From: a virus
Strand: one strand, 5' to 3'
Length of the DNA stretch: 18,971 nucleotides
Virus record (IMG/VR): IMGVR_UViG_3300045988_051638
Location: 1-18,971 of that record
Shown one piece after another: positions 13,388-18,971 of this stretch. Each line of letters opens with the position of its first letter. Within the stretch, counting starts at the first letter, position 1. A program made the translations under genes and the position numbers. The notes beneath the pieces are model-generated. The model searched no databases. It had not been told where the DNA came from and was given only the letters and a program-made list of their open reading frames with translations.

Positions 13388-14839
13388 TCATAGCATGACC
13401 ATTGTGCCGTAATCATCCATGACTTGCGCGCCATGCCGGAATTGCTCGTACGGTATAGGTTCCGTAAACATGTTTCCGGCCATGCAGACGTCCACTTCAC
13501 CGTCATCCCGCCACCCCTCATAACGGTTCATTCCGAGGATAGTCAGTTTTTCGTATCGTGCGGCGATTTTCCATTTTCCGAGTTCGGTTGGATGTATGTC
13601 ACATGATTTCACCGGTTCCCAACCGCTCAGGATGCAACCATCCGTGTTCGCATACAAGACTCGGTCAGAGTTGGCGTGGCACACGTCCATAAGCTTGCGG
13701 CGCGCATACGCGTTGACCCATATCGGCACGGGCAAGTAGTCGGTTTTCAAATTCAATTCTTCACGCTGTGCGACATCCCAGTCCAAGGTGATGCCGTCTT
13801 TTGAGGTTGGCAGCATGACGGCGCCTTTTGGCAGACTCGCCATTTTACCTACGAGCGCGTTCATAATCAGTTTCGCCATTTGCCGTTTCTCGCCGGTCGA
13901 TTGTTGTTTCAGCTCCCCCCATTCGTCAATGAACGAACGGAAGAAACCTTTTGAGCGGCGGAATTTCCACCCCCTTACATGCTTGTAGACGCTCACATCA
14001 TAGTTTTTGTAGAGCAGTTCTTGATCAATGTCGGTCAAGACGCGCGTGACGTATCCACGAGTTGAGGTAAGGCGGTTGAGTCCGTACGCGCTGCGGTTGT
14101 CGAGCAGGAAGGGGTATCCGTTCGGTTTGAGTTCCGCGCGAAACGTAAGTTCGTCGCAATGCAACGGCATATTGTCATCTTGGATGTATTTGCCTTCGTA
14201 TGGTTCCGGTTCGCTCCACGGCAGCCACTCGTCTCGTAATATGGATGGATACATGGAATTGCAGTCAACGTCGACGGCCTTGCCATACGTCCCTTCCTTG
14301 ACCAGCATGAAACCGCCTATATAGGCGTCATGCAATGATTTTTTATCCTCCGGTTCGAGCTGTGGAAATTTGTCGTAATACCATTTCCACTCGCCGGACG
14401 CGAACGCTTCCATACTTGCACCGCCCGCCGTGATTTTACACAGCCCCCGATTGTCGTATTCTCGCAGGATGTTGAGTAGTTGCGTGTCGGTCATGGTAAG
14501 CTTACAGTTTTCCCGCAGAAGATTCGATATATCAAAAAATCGTGCGGAATTTTCGCGGTCGATGCGTACAGTAAAGCTGAAAAATTTGCCTTTTTTCGAC
14601 ACTATCGCATCCCAACTCAGGTTAGAGTTATGTTCGTTACGGGGGAGGGAGTGTACGACGTGTGCCATGAACGGGCCTAAAACGTCTGGGTCGGTCACGT
14701 AGACGGCGAGTTTGCCGCCTGACATGATGGACGCCAAAAGGCGATTGGGTGCGGTGATATTACGCAGGACGGTGCCGTCCGTAAAACGTATGACGTCATC
14801 TGAGCACCATAATCCCACTTTTTTGTCTTGCACGGCCAT
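13388..14839 (-). CDS. Protein-primed family-B DNA polymerase (phi29 gp2-like), 483 aa
   Basis: Motif A VDCNSMYPS, pre-motif AYIGGF, motif B KLIMNALVGK, motif C YANTDG. LPWSEPEPYEGKYIQDDNMPLHCD aligns with recalled phi29 LPYGEPIVFEGKYVWDEDYPLHIQ. LGKWKIA and VDVCMAGN align with LGYWAHE and FSVKCAGM. Confidence 0.93.
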   Translation of the reverse strand: MAVQDKKVGLWCSDDVIRFTDGTVLRNITAPNRLLASIMSGGKLAVYVTDPDVLGPFMAHVVHSLPRNEHNSNLSWDAIVSKKGKFFSFTVRIDRENSARFFDISNLLRENCKLTMTDTQLLNILREYDNRGLCKITAGGASMEAFASGEWKWYYDKFPQLEPEDKKSLHDAYIGGFMLVKEGTYGKAVDVDCNSMYPSILRDEWLPWSEPEPYEGKYIQDDNMPLHCDELTFRAELKPNGYPFLLDNRSAYGLNRLTSTRGYVTRVLTDIDQELLYKNYDVSVYKHVRGWKFRRSKGFFRSFIDEWGELKQQSTGEKRQMAKLIMNALVGKMASLPKGAVMLPTSKDGITLDWDVAQREELNLKTDYLPVPIWVNAYARRKLMDVCHANSDRVLYANTDGCILSGWEPVKSCDIHPTELGKWKIAARYEKLTILGMNRYEGWRDDGEVDVCMAGNMFTEPIPYEQFRHGAQVMDDYGTMVML

Positions 14840-14866
14840 GGTATAACTTCCCTTGTTTGCCGTCTA

Positions 14867-15829
14867 CTACTTTCCCAGTGCGCCCGCTTCCGACAACCAC
14901 CGGTCAAACTGCCGCCGTGAACGCTGATAACCCTTGCTGTTATCGCGGAATATCGACGTGAAGCCGTGCCGAACTGGATCGTATACCGTCCAGTCGAACA
15001 CGATACGAGGTGCGTCCGTCTGTTCGATAAAAGCCCTCTTTTGCGCGGCGGACAATTGACGGAATCGTTTCAATCGTTTCGAGCCAAGCGTGGTAGCTAG
15101 GATTTTCTCGAAAACTTCATAACGTCCGCGACTCATGTACGACGGCCATTCGTGCTCACCATACAAGTCTTTACCCTGTTTGCCTGTCCCCCGCTTTTTG
15201 GACGGTTTGCGTTTCTGCTCCGTGCGCAATCCCAGTATTTCGGCCACGTCGTGTATTTGTTCACGCAATTCATTGCGGTGTCCGCTCTCCAATTGGGAGC
15301 GAACGAACGCTTCATCGCTCAGCACGTTCGTCATTTGCAGAAAATCGGTGAGTTTTGATGGAATGATCTGATTGCGTCCGAAACTTTCTCCGGTGGTTCC
15401 GGTGATTTCGGCAACGCGCTGGTCATACACGCTTTTTGCGGGCATGGCTTGAGATTTGTTCCATTCGTTGATTTTCCGGCGGGCCGCGTTGATTTTCCGC
15501 TGCTGCTGTCTGAGCAGTTTGCGACGTTTCGCCACCGGTTCCGCCTGAATTTGCGCGTCCGAGATTGGCGTGCGGTTGGCGAACATGATATCTTTTTTCG
15601 TCGGTTTCTCAACTTCGGCGGCATGATACGGTGTTGCTTTCGCTTCCGCTACAGCCTGTTTCTTCTGCCGTTCCCATTCCTTGCCCAGCGTTTTTGCAAT
15701 GTTGACTAGTTGTTTGTCGGCGGTTTTGGCGAGATTCGAGTGCGAATAAGTACCAAGCTGTTTGATATTGCGGGCGGCACGTGCTTGCGCGGCCTGACGT
15801 GCCTTGACATGCTTTTGCTTCCGAGACAT
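14867..15829 (-). CDS. Putative terminal protein (phi29 gp3 analogue), 320 aa, very basic
   Basis: Immediately upstream of the polymerase as in phi29-like phages, Lys/Arg-rich, and the genome has ITRs. Assignment is by synteny and composition only. RBS AAGGA is 9 nt upstream. Confidence 0.7.
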   Translation of the reverse strand: MSRKQKHVKARQAAQARAARNIKQLGTYSHSNLAKTADKQLVNIAKTLGKEWERQKKQAVAEAKATPYHAAEVEKPTKKDIMFANRTPISDAQIQAEPVAKRRKLLRQQQRKINAARRKINEWNKSQAMPAKSVYDQRVAEITGTTGESFGRNQIIPSKLTDFLQMTNVLSDEAFVRSQLESGHRNELREQIHDVAEILGLRTEQKRKPSKKRGTGKQGKDLYGEHEWPSYMSRGRYEVFEKILATTLGSKRLKRFRQLSAAQKRAFIEQTDAPRIVFDWTVYDPVRHGFTSIFRDNSKGYQRSRRQFDRWLSEAGALGK

Positions 15830-15853
15830 ACGGCACAGTCCTTAAGATGGCGA

Positions 15854-15876
15854 GAGCACCCAAAAATTGGGTGCTC
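15854..15876 (-). promoter_or_regulatory. Stem-loop between the SSB-like and terminal-protein genes
   Basis: GAGCACCCA (15854..15862) pairs with TGGGTGCTC (15868..15876). The U-run is in the loop and no U-tract follows, so this is not a canonical terminator. Confidence 0.45.
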
Positions 15877-15912
15877 CCTATGAATGAACGCTACTCAGTT
15901 ATTATAGCAAGC

Positions 15913-16347
15913 TCACTTGGCTTCCTCATCCACCGGCTCAATGCTGAAAAACTTGAAACCACGGCGAGAGCGGCGTTCAACCACCTTGATGCACAGCGGT
16001 TCCGCCCAAGTATTCGGCGTGCCAAAAATGCCGAACATTGTATTCAATCCCGCGGCGAGAGTCGGAGAAGTGGCCGCGTACGCCTTGTTATCATCGGTCA
16101 CGATAATGACGCGCACCGTGTTGGAGATTTCTCCCGTCTGATCGTCCGTCACCTGCACCGCCTGAGCGACGGCGTTCGTCATGTTCAGCGGCTCGTTAAG
16201 GTGTTCGTCAAGCTTTTCCGCGTTCTGCAATGCGCTGTAGAGCTTGATTTTGCCTTCACGAGTCGAGGTGTCGATGAAGTGCTGGACGGTGCCGAGTTCG
16301 GTGTTTTCGGTATTGAATGCGACGAGTGCGGTATTATTGTTTTCCAT
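15913..16347 (-). CDS. Putative single-stranded DNA-binding protein (phi29 gp5 position), 144 aa
   Basis: Position between the p6-like gene and the terminal protein. Small acidic-tailed protein (…IEPVDEEAK) whose overall pattern resembles phage-type SSBs as I recall them. Mostly a synteny call. RBS GGGAAGG is 7 nt upstream. Confidence 0.5.
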   Translation of the reverse strand: MENNNTALVAFNTENTELGTVQHFIDTSTREGKIKLYSALQNAEKLDEHLNEPLNMTNAVAQAVQVTDDQTGEISNTVRVIIVTDDNKAYAATSPTLAAGLNTMFGIFGTPNTWAEPLCIKVVERRSRRGFKFFSIEPVDEEAK

Positions 16348-16403
16348 TGTTTAACCTTCCCTAGATTGTTGTTATTTTGTTTTCAGGCTTATGCCTAAAA
16401 TCT

Positions 16404-16412
16404 TTTATATCA
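16404..16412 (-). promoter_or_regulatory. Candidate extended -10 element TGATATAAA upstream of the SSB-TP-polymerase block
   Basis: The complement of 16404..16412 reads TGATATAAA in the context GTGTGATATAAA. Its TGA is also the stop codon of the upstream 104-aa gene. Confidence 0.35.
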
Positions 16413-16724
16413 CACGTCTTCATTATTTTCAACGTCGGCGTGTCGTTTTGTATGCTCCTCAGGGTTCCACTTCTGCGGTTCCCCAAAGGTTGCATGCTTG
16501 AAGAAAGTTTCCTCGTTCATGGAGACTTTTTGCGAAAAAATGTTAATGGAACGCGGAATGAAATTCGGAAACAATTTCTTCGCACGAATCGAATACGCGC
16601 GTGCATCCTTCAAGCGTCCGTCGATAACGTGTTCAGCCTCCATAAAATCGCCATCCACCAATTCCATCCCCTTTAGCACAGCATAAACACGTGTGCGGAA
16701 AATTTCGATTTTCGTTCGTGCCAT
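16410..16724 (-). CDS. Putative histone-like dsDNA-binding protein (phi29 p6-like), 104 aa
   Basis: Same length and gene position as phi29 p6. RTRVYAVLKGMELVDGDFMEAEHV and VSMNEETFFKHAT resemble recalled p6 KTTVNVAKMVMVDGEVQVEQL and YELPVEKFLEVAT. It has an acidic C-terminal tail. RBS AGGAAAGG is present. Confidence 0.5.
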   Translation of the reverse strand: MARTKIEIFRTRVYAVLKGMELVDGDFMEAEHVIDGRLKDARAYSIRAKKLFPNFIPRSINIFSQKVSMNEETFFKHATFGEPQKWNPEEHTKRHADVENNEDV

Positions 16725-16730
16725 GAGATT

Positions 16731-17249
16731 CTACCTTTCCTGTTCAAAGATTTTTTGCAATCCTATGTCATTATATCGTGTCGTGTCCAGTCTGTCAAAA
16801 TTTTTAAACACTGCGATAATCAAGTTTTGCGTTTGCGGGTTGTCGAAAATCGTGCAACAGTCATACGACGTGCCGCCCTTGACCGCACACACCGCACACC
16901 ATGCAATCAAGTTAGGCGGATTGACGGAACCATCCAAATATTCGACGTCGAACGTGCGGGATAGGGCGGCGGCGAGTCCGTCCCACATAGTTAGACTGCC
17001 GCAAATTTGCGACACCATGACAACCGCTTGCGAAAACCACTCACTAGGCGCATCCCGCCACAGTTCGCACAGCATGTTCACGGCACGGCAGCACGTTTCA
17101 AAATCGCCAAAACCCATGTCGAAACGTTTCAAGTTCAGCTCACGTTTATGGCCTTTCATGGCGCGGGCAATACGTTTGCTCTCCATAATAGCGTCATCGA
17201 AGTCACGCATGCGGTAGATAGGCCGCCTGTCATCACCGCGCCTAAACAT
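16731..17249 (-). CDS. Hypothetical early protein, 172 aa, Cys-rich
   Basis: ATG at 17249 overlaps the upstream stop by 8 nt, with GAGGA 8 nt upstream. Tightly packed in the early operon. No motif recognised. Confidence 0.7.
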   Translation of the reverse strand: MFRRGDDRRPIYRMRDFDDAIMESKRIARAMKGHKRELNLKRFDMGFGDFETCCRAVNMLCELWRDAPSEWFSQAVVMVSQICGSLTMWDGLAAALSRTFDVEYLDGSVNPPNLIAWCAVCAVKGGTSYDCCTIFDNPQTQNLIIAVFKNFDRLDTTRYNDIGLQKIFEQER

Positions 17250-17418
17250 AATACCGTTCCTCGACGCGGAAGTACGCTATGTTTTCCACGTGCGAGCGGA
17301 TAGCCGCCCACCGTTTAATCAAATCTGCCGCATCCTTATACGAGGGCGCGTAACCGACTTCGATAGGCGGTTTGCGTGCGTCCCTCAAGTATGCGAGCGC
17401 GACGAAAGTGCTGTACAT
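17242..17418 (-). CDS. Hypothetical early protein, 58 aa (C-terminal part of the 102-aa ORF-track entry)
   Basis: ATG at 17418 lies 1 nt after the TAG of the upstream ORF, with GGAG 8 nt upstream. The N-terminal extension to 17550 uses rarer codons (ATA, AGA, GGA, CTA, CGA) and leaves a 74-nt gap. Confidence 0.5.
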   Translation of the reverse strand: MYSTFVALAYLRDARKPPIEVGYAPSYKDAADLIKRWAAIRSHVENIAYFRVEERYYV

Positions 17419-17419
17419 G

Positions 17420-17623
17420 CTAAAACTCCAATTCGTCCACGAAGTCACTGTCACCATATATCCACATGGCCACCCACAGTTGCCGGTTAGGGCAGCGTTT
17501 CGGCGGATTAGTGGCGCTCCTCTTATGTTGTCGTCCGGCCCAAAACGCACGCAAACGCCAATAACTGTCAGCGTCCGGGCACGTGCCGCACGTCCACGAA
17601 TGTATCCAACCGCGAAAATACAT
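17420..17623 (-). CDS. Hypothetical early protein, 67 aa, Trp-rich
   Basis: ATG at 17623 lies 1 nt after the TAG of the 81-aa gene, with AGGGA 5 nt upstream. This is the same stop-N-ATG spacing seen at neighbouring junctions. It competes with the 5' part of ORF 17242..17550. Confidence 0.45.
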   Translation of the reverse strand: MYFRGWIHSWTCGTCPDADSYWRLRAFWAGRQHKRSATNPPKRCPNRQLWVAMWIYGDSDFVDELEF

Positions 17624-17624
17624 A

Positions 17625-17870
17625 CTAATCCCTATCCTTAAGCGGTTTGGACGCAATATCCATAGCGTCCAACACCATAGCACGCATTTCATTTGCCTTA
17701 GTAGGGTCATAACCGCACCGTGCGACCCCCTCAGTCAAACCTACCGGCGTATGGAACTCCACGTTATATGTCAGATAAAACAACTGTTGATGCGTGCAGT
17801 ATTCGATACGCACGTCACCCCCCCTGTGAGGGCTGTTGAATTTTCCGACACGAATATCACCATAACGCAT
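17625..17870 (-). CDS. Hypothetical early protein, 81 aa
   Basis: ATG at 17870 with AAAGGAAG 6 nt upstream. No motif recognised. Confidence 0.65.
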   Translation of the reverse strand: MRYGDIRVGKFNSPHRGGDVRIEYCTHQQLFYLTYNVEFHTPVGLTEGVARCGYDPTKANEMRAMVLDAMDIASKPLKDRD

Positions 17871-17888
17871 TTTATTCTTCCTTTCTAA

Positions 17889-18053
17889 TCACATTCCACA
17901 AATAAAAACCAACACAATGGACACACTCACAGCAAGCATGACCAAAAAACAGAAAACGTCACGCGCGTTGCGCGGGAGTTCGCAAAACACTGTAGCCGCC
18001 ATCGTGAGGAACAGCACGGAAAGAATGCAGACGGCAACAATCATGCCAACCAT
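17889..18053 (-). CDS. Small membrane protein, 54 aa, two predicted TM helices
   Basis: Internal ATG at 18053 is preceded by GGTGGTGA 7 nt upstream. MVGMIVAVCILSVLFLTMAATVF and VFCFLVMLAVSVSIVLVFICGM are hydrophobic. The longer 80-aa form lacks an RBS. Confidence 0.5.
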   Translation of the reverse strand: MVGMIVAVCILSVLFLTMAATVFCELPRNARDVFCFLVMLAVSVSIVLVFICGM

Positions 18054-18085
18054 TATAACATCACCACCTATCAGATTAAAAACAC

Positions 18086-18154
18086 TCAAACCATGCCAAA
18101 AACGACGACAACACCAATAATGCACGCGCAAATAACAAGCACCGAAAAAAACAT
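18086..18154 (-). CDS. Possible hydrophobic micropeptide, 22 aa (up to 33 aa if it starts at 18187)
   Basis: MFFSVLVICACIIGVVVVFGMV. Its ATG lies 1 nt after the TGA of the 77-aa gene, with GTGGTG 7 nt upstream. Very short, so uncertain. Confidence 0.3.
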   Translation of the reverse strand: MFFSVLVICACIIGVVVVFGMV

Positions 18155-18155
18155 A

Positions 18156-18389
18156 TCAATACACCACATTATAATAATAAGCCACATATCCGGCCCCAAC
18201 GTTGCGCTGGGAAGAAAATTGGTTAACATAAGCGTGAAGCATGACTCCCTCAATCTGGAGGACCCTACGCAAAGCCTCATAAGAGTCTTTGGCGTGGACT
18301 ACATGGTAATTACGAGTCGGCGTTTCCACTTGGAGATATTCGGTACAAGGCCAGTCAACAACGATATATGTATGCACTCTCACAATCAT
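18156..18389 (-). CDS. Hypothetical early protein, 77 aa
   Basis: ATGA overlap with the upstream gene; GGAAGGGAG precedes the start. No motif recognised. Confidence 0.6.
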   Translation of the reverse strand: MIVRVHTYIVVDWPCTEYLQVETPTRNYHVVHAKDSYEALRRVLQIEGVMLHAYVNQFSSQRNVGAGYVAYYYNVVY

Positions 18390-18616
18390 TCTCCCTTCCT
18401 ATTTGCGCGATAATAGTCAACGGAACCGTCCGTTCGCCAATACTTCAGGTTTGACAATTCCACGCCAGTCGCCCCACGCAGCTCCCTACGCATACGCTCC
18501 TTCACGCCCTTGGCGGTGACGGCGTTGCCCATCGAAAAATAGTGCGCGGTATTGTAGTCAGTAAATGCCACTGTGATGGACTTGTGCCACCAATCAAACG
18601 AAACAACGGTATTCAT
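18386..18616 (-). CDS. Hypothetical first early protein, 76 aa; its promoter, leader, RBS and ATG lie in the right ITR
   Basis: The ATG at 18616 is the mirror of the ATG at 356, with the same AAGGAA RBS. The ORF-track extension to 18691 is TTG-initiated ITR sequence and was trimmed. Confidence 0.6.
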   Translation of the reverse strand: MNTVVSFDWWHKSITVAFTDYNTAHYFSMGNAVTAKGVKERMRRELRGATGVELSNLKYWRTDGSVDYYRANRKGE

Positions 18617-18770
18617 TTTATTTCCTTTCCCTTGAACTCGATAACTACAGCATAACACAAACAAACAGACGACACGCCCAAAACAAAACAAAGCAAAATA
18701 TTAAAAGACAGTTACCGGCCGAGCAGTAAGCTACGGTTACGTTACCGTAACTTAACCGGACATAGATTGT

Positions 18771-18799
18771 TGTATATACAACCATTGACACAGTGTCAA
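18771..18799 (-). promoter_or_regulatory. Inward-facing promoter in the right ITR (probable early promoter for the leftward early operon)
   Basis: Mirror image of 173..201. TTGACA = complement of 18794..18799 and TATACA = complement of 18771..18776. It lies upstream of the first minus-strand gene, which starts at 18616. Confidence 0.6.
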
Positions 18800-18831
18800 T
18801 AAAAAAAACGACACGCCCAAAATAAAAAAAC

Positions 18832-18860
18832 TTGACAGGTTAGGATAAAAAAAATATAAT
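18832..18860 (+). promoter_or_regulatory. Outward-facing consensus promoter in the right ITR (TTGACA-N17-TATAAT)
   Basis: TTGACA at 18832..18837, 17-nt spacer ggttaggataaaaaaaa, TATAAT at 18855..18860. It points toward the right terminus, about 105 nt away. Confidence 0.7.
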
Positions 18861-18971
18861 AGAGGCGTAAACAAAACAAAGCGTCAATGAAGGCACAGAA
18901 CAAAAAAAAATAATACACAAATAAAAAAAACCACAAGGGAAAATCTTCACACAAACCCACACCCCTCCCAC

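Larger units (their letters stand above)
18613..18971. repeat. Right inverted terminal repeat (ITR), 359 bp
   Basis: Perfect reverse complement of 1..359. It contains mirrored copies of every element listed for the left ITR. Confidence 0.96.

Noticed and set aside
14528-14536. TGATATATC on the minus strand inside the polymerase gene
   Set aside because: The hexamer ends in C instead of the highly conserved T, and it sits mid-gene. It is not a convincing promoter.
15854-15876. The hairpin between the SSB and TP genes as a terminator
   Set aside because: The U-run lies in the loop and no U-tract follows on either strand. It is kept as a generic stem-loop only.
17242-17550. A 102-aa ORF as a single gene
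   Set aside because: Its 5' third overlaps a better-supported 67-aa ORF (RBS, stop-N-ATG coupling, commoner codons). Its own first ATG leaves a 74-nt gap with no RBS. I kept only the 58-aa C-terminal part, which starts at 17418. This remains uncertain without expression data.
1-18971. tRNA genes, CRISPR repeats, an integrase/repressor lysogeny module, transposase or IS elements
   Set aside because: I looked for cloverleaf-like GC stems in intergenic regions, regularly spaced direct repeats, and recombinase or HTH-repressor-like ORFs. None were found; the intergenic space is fully accounted for by ITRs, promoters and hairpins.

Overview
The window looks like a complete linear genome of a small phi29-like, protein-primed podovirus (Picovirinae/Salasmaviridae type). 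It is 18,971 bp, roughly 50% GC by eye, and bounded by perfect 359-bp inverted terminal repeats (1..359 = reverse complement of 18613..18971). All but one gene lie on the minus strand and read right to left. First comes an early block of small unknown ORFs, a phi29 p6-like protein, a putative SSB, the terminal protein and a family-B DNA polymerase. An intrinsic terminator and an extended -10 promoter follow. The late block then runs scaffold, major capsid protein with two C-terminal Big_2 domains, tail knob, portal, lower collar, a fibre/appendage cluster with an SGNH esterase, a CHAP + lysozyme-like tail lysin, the packaging ATPase, holin and amidase endolysin. A single + strand gene (356..613) reads inward from the left ITR and converges on a bidirectional terminator. 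I saw no tRNA, CRISPR array, integrase or repressor module. Homology calls rest on motifs and on my recollection of phi29 gp2/gp8/gp9/gp10/gp11/gp16 sequences plus synteny; no database search was run. The points most worth follow-up are these:
- The ITRs carry divergent promoters. One is a perfect-consensus promoter firing outward toward the protein-capped end. The ITR boundary falls exactly one base after a shared ATG.
- The polymerase appears to have lost most canonical 3'-5' exonuclease residues and deviates in motifs B, C and KxY.
- Three consecutive genes share one N-terminal adaptor module.
- A TGATATAMW extended -10 motif recurs in front of each functional gene block.
- Hairpin/U-tract/RBS modules sit inside the late operon.
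- There is no obvious pRNA gene.
The host cannot be assigned from sequence alone; SD-type RBSs, CHAP, Amidase_2 and the holin type suggest a Gram-positive host.
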